Source: Nitrospirales bacterium
GTDB taxonomy: Bacteria; Nitrospirota; Nitrospiria; Nitrospirales; UBA8639
DNA length: 64,000 bases
Assembly: GCA_965223295.1 (NCBI GenBank)
Contig: CBDCWC010000003.1
Location: forward strand, 928,001-992,000
Direction: 5' to 3'
A program made the translations under genes and the position numbers. Below, piece after piece: positions 52,141 to 62,556 of this stretch. The stretch's first letter is position 1. Each line of letters opens with the position of its first letter. The notes under the pieces were generated by a model, which did not search any database, was not told the DNA's origin, and saw only the letters and a program-made list of their open reading frames with translations.

Positions 52141-53490
52141 TTAAATACTCTTCATAAACTCGGCCATGGCCGCTGGATCTGTTGCTCCCATAATAGCTGA
52201 GGGCGGAACGGTATTTGATTTTTTTCCAGTCAGACCACATTCTATTTCATCAGTAATCATTTCTACTGGCATGGACATACCCCCATAGACATGTGGACCA
52301 GCCACAATTTTTGCATTCGAGAACCCATAAATTGCAGTAGCCACATCCTTAGCCAACCAACCAATGTAATTGAATTCAGGAATGACAATCAGCTTGGCCT
52401 TGCCGCAAAGCTTCCTCAATTCGTTTGTTGGAAACGGTCGCAAGGAACGAATTTTGATCAGGCCTGCCTTGATACCTCTTTCCTTACATTGGCGGACTGC
52501 TTCCCGGGATTGGGCCGCTGCACTGCCCGAAGCAATAAGAAGCACTTCTGCGTCTTCCACATCCTGAGCTTCGCACAACCCATCCATATATTGATCAATA
52601 TATTTTCTAGATCGCTCAACGCCAGCCCAGACTTCTTGCTGCCAGACAGCGTGGATGTTATAGGCCATAAAATTAGATTTTTGAACTGGAGCATCACGAG
52701 ACAATCGAGCTGGAGGATTCTCGGCATCTAAAACCGGCACGGCCCCACGGTACGTATCACGAGCTGGGAGCTTGAATCCTCGATCTTGCATTGCACAATA
52801 GCCTCGAGCATGCGTCACAAAAAAACCATCACAGCAGACACCTACCGGAAGCGTAACGTCATTTTTCTCACTGATGATAAACCCCTTCATAATATAATCG
52901 AACAAGTCCTGCTGATTTTCTGCGTGAAAGACAAGCATCCCGCTGTTTAAAAGATAGGCAACTTCAATATTATCTGGTTGGATAGCCAGAGGAGCATTGA
53001 CTACTCGACACGTAAACATGCAAACGGCAGGAAGACGGTGCCCAGCCCACGAGGCAATGGGCTCAATACCTCGTAATGTTCCAGGACCAGCTGTAGCGGT
53101 AAAGGCTCGAACACCAGCGCGGGAGGCCCCAGCAATGGCCGACATCACTCCATATTCTTCTTCGCCTCGATAGAATTCCTTGACATACCCTTCACCATAC
53201 AAAACCCCAATTAATTGCAAGGTTTCACTTTGGGGAGTAATGGGATAGGCCACAGACAAATCAACATTTGATCGTCTTACGGCTTCCTTGGCAGCTTCGC
53301 TGCCTGTAATAAATTCCCGTTCACGGGGAGCTTCAAAAAACATATATTCAGGAGATACTTCCTTCTGACGTTTGGCTTCCCCATGAGGGTCTTTTCTTCC
53401 ACCATTGGTGGAAGGAGCGGCTGCAGGAGCACTCGTAATTGGATCACCCTGGGGATTGGTTTTGACTTCTGTTTCTAAACCTTCACTCAT
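52141..53490 (-). CDS. forA: Five-subunit 2-oxoacid:ferredoxin oxidoreductase alpha subunit (For-type OGOR likely)
   Basis: YPITP, TATAGPG, DGFFVTH, SLRPFP; For versus Por assignment is inferred. Confidence 0.8.
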   Translation of the reverse strand: MSEGLETEVKTNPQGDPITSAPAAAPSTNGGRKDPHGEAKRQKEVSPEYMFFEAPREREFITGSEAAKEAVRRSNVDLSVAYPITPQSETLQLIGVLYGEGYVKEFYRGEEEYGVMSAIAGASRAGVRAFTATAGPGTLRGIEPIASWAGHRLPAVCMFTCRVVNAPLAIQPDNIEVAYLLNSGMLVFHAENQQDLFDYIMKGFIISEKNDVTLPVGVCCDGFFVTHARGYCAMQDRGFKLPARDTYRGAVPVLDAENPPARLSRDAPVQKSNFMAYNIHAVWQQEVWAGVERSRKYIDQYMDGLCEAQDVEDAEVLLIASGSAAAQSREAVRQCKERGIKAGLIKIRSLRPFPTNELRKLCGKAKLIVIPEFNYIGWLAKDVATAIYGFSNAKIVAGPHVYGGMSMPVEMITDEIECGLTGKKSNTVPPSAIMGATDPAAMAEFMKSI

Positions 53491-53538
53491 GGCTTGATCC
53501 CCCTAATTTTATAATAGTGAACATTATTTCTCACAAAC

Positions 53539-54300
53539 CTAAGCTTCACTCTGCATGTGTTCAGCTTTATGACCAAAGGCTGCTGCATTTCCGTCCGCCG
53601 GGCTTGCAAGACCAAAATCCAGTGGATTGGTGTGTGTTTTCCCACCATGAACCCTGGACTGCAACCCGGTAAAGCGCACATTCTCTCCATTTTCTGGTAA
53701 TTTAATTCCCATTTCTTCGCGTACGCGTTTAAAGACGGCCACAACCCTTCTAATCTTTGCCGCATCAGAGTCTCTTACCGTGAACATGGCATCTTCATGG
53801 CCTTGCTCGGCACAGATGGCTGAAGTCCAGCAGTTGGTTCCGGCTCGAATCATCTTAAGAGTCAGATTGGCATAGTGACAATGCACACCGATAAAAATAC
53901 AAGCTTCAATCTTATTCCCCCAAATCGTCAGATTTGGATGATTCGGATTGATGACTTCTTCCGGTTCGACCTTAGGGTACTTGGGGCGATAATCCGGCAT
54001 CGGAATAACGAGCACATCTGGTAGCTGGGCTGCAAGTTCTAATACCGCCTTAGCCTTATCTGCCGCATGATCATTCCAATTCCACAAGACCAACGGACCC
54101 GGAAAAATAGTGGCATTCTTACGCGTCATCATTGTACGCGCCATCGCTTCCATTGCCAGCTCTTCCTCAACCAAATGGCCAAACTTCAAACCTTTCCCCT
54201 TCTCCGGCGTCAGGACACCAAGTTCTGCAGCTGATGGGGGATGGAACCCTTGTGGCCCAGGAGCCACGATTGCGTCTTCTAGTTCTTGCGTTAATTCCAC
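53539..54300 (-). CDS. forD: Five-subunit oxidoreductase delta subunit
   Basis: PGPQGFHP, PNHPNLTI, GVHCHYAN; operon position. Confidence 0.75.
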   Translation of the reverse strand: MELTQELEDAIVAPGPQGFHPPSAAELGVLTPEKGKGLKFGHLVEEELAMEAMARTMMTRKNATIFPGPLVLWNWNDHAADKAKAVLELAAQLPDVLVIPMPDYRPKYPKVEPEEVINPNHPNLTIWGNKIEACIFIGVHCHYANLTLKMIRAGTNCWTSAICAEQGHEDAMFTVRDSDAAKIRRVVAVFKRVREEMGIKLPENGENVRFTGLQSRVHGGKTHTNPLDFGLASPADGNAAAFGHKAEHMQSEA

Positions 54301-54351
54301 GTTGGACTCCGATTTACAGTAATTACGAAATCAGTAAGAAAGTGATCGAGG

Positions 54352-54675
54352 TTAACCCTGCCACGGATTTGCTAAAACCGCTTTGGTATTCTTTTCTTTG
54401 TAAGTAATATTTGGGGTGAGAGCTGCATCACCAATCTGATCAATCATTTCCATTTTAATGGCTTTATGCTTCGCCATGTTGTCGCACACCCACACACATT
54501 GGGCACAGCCTTTACAACGATCCACCGCCACATAGGCAGACCCATACTTCAAACCCTTATCTTTTCCCGCCTCCGTATCATATTGAATAGTATTGGCTTC
54601 CGGACAATATTGCGTACACAACTTACAACTCGTGGCAGCACATATTTCCTGATCAATATTTGCGACAAGATACAT
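54352..54675 (-). CDS. forE: Five-subunit oxidoreductase epsilon (4Fe-4S ferredoxin-like) subunit
   Basis: CAATSCKLCTQYCP and CKGCAQCVWVC. Confidence 0.8.
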   Translation of the reverse strand: MYLVANIDQEICAATSCKLCTQYCPEANTIQYDTEAGKDKGLKYGSAYVAVDRCKGCAQCVWVCDNMAKHKAIKMEMIDQIGDAALTPNITYKEKNTKAVLANPWQG

Positions 54676-54699
54676 CGAGTTCCCCTTTCAATTTCCTCT

Positions 54700-55422
54700 T
54701 TAGGCTTGAGCCTTTGCTGCAGCAGCTGTTTGATCGGCCATTGAGGAACCTCCAGCCGACCACCCTTGATCAACAGCATAGTCCCAAGCTGCCTTGACGA
54801 CCGCAAGATTTTTTTCAATAAGCTCCGCTTTCTTTTTAAACTTTCTTTCCACCACACTATCCAACGCAGCAGTTCCTCCAGAAACGACAAAACCTTTCCC
54901 TAAGAATCGGTCTTTCACAGCCGTGCCGGAAGCCTCTAAATTTGAAAGGCCCGTGATTGCACCGATCGCGCCAACCATAGCCATATTCGTGGCCAAATCT
55001 ATTCCCGCTACGTCTAGCGACATTTGGGTGGCCGGGAGGTAATAGATTTTTGCATTTAAGTCTTTTAATTCCGCAGCTTGATCCGGCTCAAGATTCATAG
55101 GTGTATTGCTATTGATCAGCACGACTCCATCCTGTTTTAACCCATAGTAAAAAGGATTCGTGTAACTCTTTCCATGGGTGATGCACTGCGGATGAAAAAC
55201 CATGAGGATATGAGGGAAGGTAATTTCTCCAATTTCATATATTGGTTCATTCGAGACGCGCACATAGCTTTCTACGGGAGCCATCCGCTTTTCAGACCCA
55301 TAGAACGGAACAATGGTACTTTCCCCTCCAGCATTGATGACCGCCGTGCTAAAAATGTGGGATGCGGTCACCACACCCTGGCCACCAACGCCTGCCATAC
55401 GAATGTTGTAACGAATCGCCAT
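54700..55422 (-). CDS. forC: Five-subunit oxidoreductase gamma subunit
   Basis: GVGGQGVV, YGSEKRMAP, TNMAMVGA. Confidence 0.8.
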   Translation of the reverse strand: MAIRYNIRMAGVGGQGVVTASHIFSTAVINAGGESTIVPFYGSEKRMAPVESYVRVSNEPIYEIGEITFPHILMVFHPQCITHGKSYTNPFYYGLKQDGVVLINSNTPMNLEPDQAAELKDLNAKIYYLPATQMSLDVAGIDLATNMAMVGAIGAITGLSNLEASGTAVKDRFLGKGFVVSGGTAALDSVVERKFKKKAELIEKNLAVVKAAWDYAVDQGWSAGGSSMADQTAAAAKAQA

Positions 55423-55481
55423 CTCTACACCTCCCTCATCATAATGTAAACAGCTAAACCCTTACTACGCAACGCAAAAAT

Positions 55482-56372
55482 TTACCCCTTCGTCACCGCA
55501 GCAGCAGGCTTCGGGAGATATTCTTTATATCCATAAAGGGTAGCCAAATGTTCTTTGGCTTCGTCCGTTATATATTCTTGAAATTTATAGCGATCATTTT
55601 CAACATCCTTCGCATCTTGCATGACTTGATCTGTTGGGATCGCATATTCGATGTTACAGGATGTGTAGGCTTGGATGTAGGTTGGACCCACTTCCCGTGC
55701 AATTAAGATAGCTTTCTTAATCACGCTTTCTACCCGCCTTGGATTGTTGGGAACCACCGTCGCCACATAAGCACATCCAGCCACTTTTGCCATCCCAACC
55801 ATATCCATCTTTTCAAATTTTTTCCCCAAAGGCGCCATCTTCAAAACCTGCCCTTTGTTGGTCATTCCGCTTTCTTGTCCACCGGTATTTCCATAGACTT
55901 CGTTATCTAACATGATGGTTGTGAATTTTTCTTTTCGAAACCACGAATGTAGAGTTTGTGCAAATCCGATGTCCGCCATTCCCCCATCTCCCGCCATCAC
56001 AACCACATCTTTGGGACGATCTCCAAACCTCAAACGAAGTCCGCGCGATAACCCACTCGCCACCCCATTTTGGTCACCATAATTTCCATAGACGAAAGGC
56101 ACAGCGGCTTGAGAAATCGCCAATCGGCCGCAGCCCGCCGTTCCCACCGTAATGGTATCTTCAGGATTTGGAAAGGCAATAAACGCTAAACGAATAAAAA
56201 GCGTCATGGCACATCCGGCACACATAGGATGTTCTTCCAAGATTTCTTTAAATGTTCCAACTTGAGAAACTGCCGTCTTTTTGCCAAAGGGGCCACTCTC
56301 GACCATATCGCGATATTCTTTAGGCATAAACTTTCCAAAACCTGGGGTGAATTTCACATAATCGAGACTCAT
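55482..56372 (-). CDS. forB: Five-subunit oxidoreductase beta (TPP-binding) subunit
   Basis: MCAGC, GTAGC, AGDGG...LDNEVYGNTGGQ. Confidence 0.8.
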   Translation of the reverse strand: MSLDYVKFTPGFGKFMPKEYRDMVESGPFGKKTAVSQVGTFKEILEEHPMCAGCAMTLFIRLAFIAFPNPEDTITVGTAGCGRLAISQAAVPFVYGNYGDQNGVASGLSRGLRLRFGDRPKDVVVMAGDGGMADIGFAQTLHSWFRKEKFTTIMLDNEVYGNTGGQESGMTNKGQVLKMAPLGKKFEKMDMVGMAKVAGCAYVATVVPNNPRRVESVIKKAILIAREVGPTYIQAYTSCNIEYAIPTDQVMQDAKDVENDRYKFQEYITDEAKEHLATLYGYKEYLPKPAAAVTKG

Positions 56373-56710
56373 AACCTTGTCTCCTCCTTGTTAAAAAACG
56401 ATCCGAAGGACAGCCGTTCAATTTTTTGAGAGAATTGTTTTTTGTATCTTCCTCTAAACAAGTGAAAATACAAAATTTTTCGTCAAGCTAACAGAGAGTC
56501 TTAACTGTATCAATTTTTGAAGTAGATAATCTAGGTGAATTTCACTGACAATTCAACTCAAAAGAAGGCCCACGACATAAAAAAGAAGACCCATGAGGCA
56601 TTCCCGGGTCTTAGGTCTTTTGTCCCAAACGGGCTAAAAACAGAGATTGATAGTGGAAGGGAAGTGAGGAGTCGTAAAACTACCTTCCCTCACTCATCGG
56701 GAGAAGTGAA

Positions 56711-57697
56711 TTAATCGAGGATATAATGGAGGGGATCAACGACTTTATCATTGACCGCTACTTGATAATGAAGATGAGGTCCTGTTGAGAATTTTCCTGT
56801 GCTCCCAACCCGCCCAATGAGATCGCCTCGTTGCACACGATCTCCATATTTCACATGAATTTTTGACAAATGGCCATACGTGGTCTCAATACCATAGCCA
56901 TGATCAATTCGAATAAATTTTCCCATTCGACCATCATAAGCCGCCACAACGACCTTACCAGAAGCCGGAGAGCGAACCTCCGTACCCGTACGAGCCCCAA
57001 TATCAACCCCCGCATGTAACGCCTTTTTCCCAGTAAACGGTGAAACTCGTGGACCAAACCGCGACGTAATTGATCCATGGACAGGCCAAATTGATGGAGT
57101 CGAAGCCCATTGCACCGCTTTTTTCTCAGCCACTGCGGAAAGTTCATCAAGAATTTGGCTTTCCGATTTACTTTGCTGTTTCAACCAATCCAGGCCAATC
57201 TTGATTTCAGTAATTTTCCTTTCCATGGAGAAAAAATCCTGAGATACCCCATGTGGCATACTTGTTTTTTTAGCCAGGCTTTCTGATCCGTGAGAAGCCT
57301 CTTCTGTCATCGAGTCATAGGGAAATTCTTCGCCCCCTTGCCCAGGCACTCCCGATGGCAAACCTTGTATGTCATCAGGCTCAAGTCCAAACATGGTTTG
57401 CAGCTTACGATTAAGCGTTTCCAAAGCTAGCATACGCTTTTTCATGCCATTCACTTCAGTTGAAAACGTCCCTGTTTTCATGCGTGAGGACATGAGCTCC
57501 TGCTTAATCGTTTCCATTTCAGTCAATTGGTTCCACTGGTACACATAATGCGTGACAATGCCCGCCTGAACAAAAAGCAAGGTCACCCCAAAAATTAATC
57601 CATACTTCACAAACGCTTTAGGGATTTTTAAACGCCAGGGATTGGCTCGCGCACTACGAAAAATAATGACTGTCAGGCTATCTTCTGATTCTTTCAT
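56711..57697 (-). CDS. M23 family metallopeptidase
   Basis: HAGVD, YGHL, STGPHLHY; N-terminal TM and coiled coil. Confidence 0.93.
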   Translation of the reverse strand: MKESEDSLTVIIFRSARANPWRLKIPKAFVKYGLIFGVTLLFVQAGIVTHYVYQWNQLTEMETIKQELMSSRMKTGTFSTEVNGMKKRMLALETLNRKLQTMFGLEPDDIQGLPSGVPGQGGEEFPYDSMTEEASHGSESLAKKTSMPHGVSQDFFSMERKITEIKIGLDWLKQQSKSESQILDELSAVAEKKAVQWASTPSIWPVHGSITSRFGPRVSPFTGKKALHAGVDIGARTGTEVRSPASGKVVVAAYDGRMGKFIRIDHGYGIETTYGHLSKIHVKYGDRVQRGDLIGRVGSTGKFSTGPHLHYQVAVNDKVVDPLHYILD

Positions 57698-57769
57698 TCG
57701 GTCACCAATGTGGTTGGAAGAAAAATATTGAGAATAATCACGTCAGACTTTTCTAGCATGAACCCATAT

Positions 57770-58102
57770 TCATACCGACTGTTTAGCTTGATTCGTCACA
57801 TTTCGAACCCAACTCAAATATTCCGGAAGTCCATGTTGAATCGGAAGCGCGATGACTTCCGGGACATCATAGCTATGTAATGACTTTACGACACTCACAA
57901 CACGCTCAAATAGCTGATTGACTGTCTTAGCTATGAGCAGAACCTCCCGTTCTCTGCTCACCTTGCCTTCCCACCGAAAGACCGACAGAATCCCGGGAAG
58001 GACATTCACACAGGCTACTAACTCTTGTTCAACTAACTTGTTAGCGATACGTTCAGCTTCGGGTTCGGATCCCACGGTTACTAACACAACTATTTCGTCC
58101 AT
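57770..58102 (-). CDS. cutA: Divalent-cation tolerance protein CutA
   Basis: LVACVN, SVFRWEG, HSYDVPEVIA. Confidence 0.93.
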   Translation of the reverse strand: MDEIVVLVTVGSEPEAERIANKLVEQELVACVNVLPGILSVFRWEGKVSREREVLLIAKTVNQLFERVVSVVKSLHSYDVPEVIALPIQHGLPEYLSWVRNVTNQAKQSV

Positions 58103-58313
58103 AACCCACTGGTCTACATTCCAAGATCCCCCAGCGCCCAGCTAAGAGCACCAATTCCCAATGATCAAGCTTGAAATGTATGTATTCAATACCTGCCTTT
58201 CTTGATCATTATCGGTCGTTTTGTCGTTATCTGAAGGTTAAAAATAATCTTCTGGAAGCCAAAGATCAACCCATCATCATACCTTTTTTTGAGTTTTCAA
58301 TATTTCCAACAAC

Positions 58314-59096
58314 TTAGCGCGGGCTCAGTCTCCCGGGGTCTTGATTGGCCAATCCCACTAAATCAGCAATAGCCGGTTTTAGGGCCTCTTGAAGGGCAAG
58401 GGGATAACTTTCTACGGCATTTTCCAGCCCATAATATGGGCCATCAATTTGCTTACCCTCGAAGTCCATCGTCATATTCCACAGGACTTTGGTTGGGTCA
58501 TCAACCGGAGTCAATCGTAGATCCATTTCGAGACCCGTGGTTGTTTCACTCATGGGCAGTCCCAACATCCAGAATACGACCCCAACAGGACCCAATAAAT
58601 ACGTATATAACCGTCGTTTCCATTCGGTAGAGCGTAAACGTCCTCGGAAGGCCACGTCGGCAGGTTCCTGCTGAGCATCTTTGGCATATTTCACGGATGA
58701 ATAAATACCTGCTTCATTCAGTTCAGCAGCAATCGCTTTGGCAAAATCATGAGGGGGGTCAAATTGGACCACATCAACTTCTTCCGGCTTTTCAGCTTTT
58801 TCCGGGCGTTCATACAGAGTGTCTCCATAAGGCACAAGCGGAATTGCCGCTTTCCAATATTCTTCTTTCACTTCTGTTCCCCGTAAGTCCTCTAAAGGAA
58901 GAACAATGGCATTGGCAGAAATTGGCGCAGTAGGTTTAGTTGAAAGATAGGATCCCGTTGAAGAGGGCGGGTATTGCCAATCTCGGTTACCAAGACAAGC
59001 CGTTAAGGTCAGACAAGCCAGAATGACGACCATACCGGTAACCGATCGGGAGAAAGAGACACGCATCATTTCAACGACTCCTTTCGTTTTTAACAT
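58314..59096 (-). CDS. Hypothetical lipoprotein
   Basis: Lipobox LTAC after a hydrophobic stretch; start may be near 59069. Confidence 0.75.
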   Translation of the reverse strand: MLKTKGVVEMMRVSFSRSVTGMVVILACLTLTACLGNRDWQYPPSSTGSYLSTKPTAPISANAIVLPLEDLRGTEVKEEYWKAAIPLVPYGDTLYERPEKAEKPEEVDVVQFDPPHDFAKAIAAELNEAGIYSSVKYAKDAQQEPADVAFRGRLRSTEWKRRLYTYLLGPVGVVFWMLGLPMSETTTGLEMDLRLTPVDDPTKVLWNMTMDFEGKQIDGPYYGLENAVESYPLALQEALKPAIADLVGLANQDPGRLSPR

Positions 59097-59249
59097 ATTA
59101 AAGCCATTCTATCCCTAGCACCCCCTCTTCACTTAGGAATGTTGGGAATCATTTTCAAAGACAATTAACCTGGCTAAGACTCTCTAGGCCTTGGAAGGAG
59201 GAACAAAACACCATTCACAATATCCCATCAACGATTTCATTACGATTTA

Positions 59250-59870
59250 TCAAGAAAACCCACCAGCCTGCCCTAAATGTTTCTGCAATTCAGGGTAAGA
59301 CTTTGCTACAGAAAATTGCGGATACTCCTGTGTGATGGAATCGGGGGGACAGAAAAAAAATCCAGCATCTGCTTCTTGTAACATGGAAACGTCATTATAG
59401 GAATCCCCACCGGCTAGGACTCTAAACCCAAGAGATTTCAAGGCCGAAACAGCTTTTCGTTTTTGGTCCTGTTGTCGAAGAAAGTAGTTTGCAATGAAAC
59501 CATCGGAGTCAATGTCCAACGTATGGCAAAAAATTGTCGGGAATTGAAGTTGCTCCATGAGAAACGGATGCACAAACTCATAAAAGGTATCCGATAAAAT
59601 GACAACTTGCGAACGAGCCCGCAACCATGACATAAATTCAGGAACGCCGGGAAGCGGAGCAATCGTCCGAACCACTTCGTGGATATCATGAATCGTGATA
59701 TGGTGAGTCCGAAGTACTTCTAAACGCTTCTTCATCAACACATCATAATCAGAAATGTCACGAGTCGTCAGTCGCAATTCCGACAAGCCAACCTTGTCAG
59801 CCAGCCCTAGCCAAATTTCAGGAAATAAGACTCCCTCCATATCCAAACATGTCACGACCGGTTGAGACAT
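59250..59870 (-). CDS. thrH: Phosphoserine phosphatase / homoserine phosphotransferase ThrH
   Basis: CLDMEGVLFPEIW, LSDTFYEF, GDSYND. Confidence 0.93.
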   Translation of the reverse strand: MSQPVVTCLDMEGVLFPEIWLGLADKVGLSELRLTTRDISDYDVLMKKRLEVLRTHHITIHDIHEVVRTIAPLPGVPEFMSWLRARSQVVILSDTFYEFVHPFLMEQLQFPTIFCHTLDIDSDGFIANYFLRQQDQKRKAVSALKSLGFRVLAGGDSYNDVSMLQEADAGFFFCPPDSITQEYPQFSVAKSYPELQKHLGQAGGFS

Positions 59871-60044
59871 TCATTCCTCGAATTCATGATCTACAAACAC
59901 CTGTAATCTTGGCCTAACAGCTTCGGCTGATCATAAAAGAAAGCTGGACTCTGTCACAACAAAAAAATCAGAAGGGATCGACTGAGTCACACACAGTATC
60001 ACGTGGTGAAAAAACAGACTCTTCTGTCATGACAAGAAGGGGTT

Positions 60045-60692
60045 TTAGAATAACTCAAGAATGTCATGGGGTGTTTCGCAATAGAAATCAGGCTTTAAAG
60101 CCGTCACCTTATCACGATTACCATATCCATAGCCCACGGCACATGCCCGAATGCCTGCCGCTTGAGCCGCCCGAACGTCATTGGTGCTGTCGCCGATCAT
60201 CACAGTATGTTCGGGGGCCGCTCCTAATACTTCTAGGGCTCGCTCTAACATCACAGGTTCCGGTTTCAATTCGGTGGAGTCTCGTGGGGCTTCTATATGC
60301 GTGAAGAGGTCACGCGCCTGCAACCCCTCAACAATGCACACTGTATATTCTAAAGATTTGTTCGTCACAATCACATTCTTCCGATCCTTGTAATGGTGGA
60401 GCACCTCCCAAATTCCTGGATACCACTGAGTCGTATCCACACAGTGTTCTAAATAATGTTTTCGAAATACTTCAAGGGCCCTATCGTAGGTCGCTTGATT
60501 GTTTTCGCCAACAGAAAGACGAAGCAGGCGCTTCACGCCATCACCCACAAAAGTAAAAATCTCTTCCACAGAACGAAGAGGTAACCCCAAGTCTCCCAAC
60601 GTTAAATTTACCGCTGTGGCAATATCCACTTTTGAATCGATCAGGGTTCCATCAAAATCAAAAAGCAGCACCTCCGCACGCCATTGTGTCAT
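60045..60692 (-). CDS. gph: HAD hydrolase, phosphoglycolate phosphatase-like
   Basis: FDFDGTLIDS, TNK, KPEP, IGDSTND; ATG overlaps the upstream TGA. Confidence 0.85.
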   Translation of the reverse strand: MTQWRAEVLLFDFDGTLIDSKVDIATAVNLTLGDLGLPLRSVEEIFTFVGDGVKRLLRLSVGENNQATYDRALEVFRKHYLEHCVDTTQWYPGIWEVLHHYKDRKNVIVTNKSLEYTVCIVEGLQARDLFTHIEAPRDSTELKPEPVMLERALEVLGAAPEHTVMIGDSTNDVRAAQAAGIRACAVGYGYGNRDKVTALKPDFYCETPHDILELF

Positions 60693-61249
60693 CACTGAAA
60701 ATCTTTCTGTTCTCTTACCTTCAGTTGTCGACGTAATGAGGCAAACATCGCCTTCTTCTCTGCTTCCGACTCGCTTAACTCTGTCCACCGTACAAAATCA
60801 ATTAACCGTTGCCGCCCCACATGCGGGGGAAGCTGGGGGTGAACCACTTGCCATCGATCATAGACCGCTTTGATATGAAAAAGATACGATTCCTGATGGG
60901 GATCAGGAACAAATGTCACGCTTTCCCAATGCATCGTTCCTAAAACATCAAATACAACAGGGATTTTAGCTTCCAGTCCACTCACAATCTCCCATTTGGT
61001 CACATCATCTTCAATCTGAAACTTTGAGATAACCACCACGTGTCCCCAAGGAAGAGATTCTTTCCAGTTCACATAGGGAACAATCACCTGCCAAGAAGAG
61101 GCCTCTAACCGTACGCCTTTTTTATCTAATGACAAAAACTTGCGTAATGTTTTTGTGGGATCTTCGGTGATATGTCGATTAAAGGCATGAGAAGGCGATA
61201 CACTAACAAGCACAGCCCAGACTATCATCAAAAGGAGAAATTTAATCAT
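60692..61249 (-). CDS. Hypothetical exported protein
   Basis: Signal peptide ending SHA; translationally coupled to gph. Confidence 0.75.
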   Translation of the reverse strand: MIKFLLLMIVWAVLVSVSPSHAFNRHITEDPTKTLRKFLSLDKKGVRLEASSWQVIVPYVNWKESLPWGHVVVISKFQIEDDVTKWEIVSGLEAKIPVVFDVLGTMHWESVTFVPDPHQESYLFHIKAVYDRWQVVHPQLPPHVGRQRLIDFVRWTELSESEAEKKAMFASLRRQLKVREQKDFQ

Positions 61250-61334
61250 CCCTTATACACTATTGTACGACTATTCCCAACCTACCTTACTGAATAACAA
61301 TCATGAGAGAATAACGGAGGAGGAGAACCAGGCC

Positions 61335-61811
61335 TTAGCCCTTAAAGAGGATAACCAGAATGATGCCAAGAAGCAGCCAGAGAGGAATGGACAGCATAAG
61401 CCCCCAGGCCAGTCCCTGTGCAGTTTTCAGCCGGCCTTTCAGAGTTTGCTTTTCTAATGCTTTCGAGATACGCAATTTCACATCTTCTAAATGAAATGGT
61501 TTCGTAATATAGTCATCTGCCCCACGGTTAATAGCCTCCACCGCCGTTCCAATTGAAGGATGGCCTGTAATCATCAGAAAAATGACCTCATTGTTTTTTA
61601 TTTCACGAATTCTTCTTAGCAACTCCATGCCATCCATATTCGGCATAATCAAATCAGCCATCACCACATCAAATTCACATCTCTCAAATTCAGACAGCCC
61701 TTCTTCCCCATTACCTACGGCCACGACCGTATACCCCAAGGACAACAAGAACTCTGAGAGAGCGTCCCGCACACCTTGGTCATCATCAACGACTAAGATA
61801 CGTTCAGCCAT
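61335..61811 (-). CDS. Receiver-domain response regulator with a C-terminal transmembrane helix
   Basis: ILVVDDD, DLIMP, ITG, KPF; ends LAWGLMLSIPLWLLLGIILVILFKG. Confidence 0.88.
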   Translation of the reverse strand: MAERILVVDDDQGVRDALSEFLLSLGYTVVAVGNGEEGLSEFERCEFDVVMADLIMPNMDGMELLRRIREIKNNEVIFLMITGHPSIGTAVEAINRGADDYITKPFHLEDVKLRISKALEKQTLKGRLKTAQGLAWGLMLSIPLWLLLGIILVILFKG

Positions 61812-61869
61812 TGGCATATAACCTTTCTGGCAATTCACGGATCCTTCGCATCAACGCCACCTTGCTTTC

Positions 61870-62556
61870 TTAAAACGTCGGGAAATCAACCACAACGACA
61901 TCAGGTGGAATAGTAAACCTGAGTAAGTCAGCCGCAAGTTCTTGATTCACCTGAAGATCCTCAAAACGTACTCGAGAAATATTTCCGCTTGTCTCATACA
62001 GGGTAATGGTTTGAATGAGATAAGAGTCAGGGAGTAACTGCAGTTCAATGTTTTTGATGGTCGGAGCAGTATCCCCATCTGGCTTGGGGATCAGAGTCAG
62101 ACGAGGCAATCCGGCGGAATTTGTAGAATCGCTCGCCGCTTCTGAAATCGTAAACTGCTGCGCCAGTTTTCCGACCCCCAACAGCAACGCAAGAGGCCCT
62201 TTAGAGGCCGCCATTTGCGTTAACGCGCCTTTCACCACTTGCTGATGCTCGGGGACATACATCATCACCTCATCACCATCGACATAAATATGCTCCTTGG
62301 ACGGCTCGAGATAGTCCCAACGCAAGAGACCGGGCTTTTTCAAATAAAACTTCCCCGCGGATTGAAAGCCTGTTTCGAATCCTTCAATAATTGTTTCTTG
62401 AGTAAAGGTGCCCTGTAAATCTTCAGTCTTGGCATATCGATCATCTACCTGGCGAACCACATCATCCACATCGGATGCCAAAGCCGCAGAACTCAAACTC
62501 AGACACACCATCACACTCACCGACCAAATGAAGCTCAACACGGTCAATCGTTTCAT
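61870..62556 (-). CDS. lolA: Outer-membrane lipoprotein carrier LolA
   Basis: FTQE, GKFYLKKPGLLRWDY, FTIPPDV; directly after ftsK. Confidence 0.88.
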   Translation of the reverse strand: MKRLTVLSFIWSVSVMVCLSLSSAALASDVDDVVRQVDDRYAKTEDLQGTFTQETIIEGFETGFQSAGKFYLKKPGLLRWDYLEPSKEHIYVDGDEVMMYVPEHQQVVKGALTQMAASKGPLALLLGVGKLAQQFTISEAASDSTNSAGLPRLTLIPKPDGDTAPTIKNIELQLLPDSYLIQTITLYETSGNISRVRFEDLQVNQELAADLLRFTIPPDVVVVDFPTF

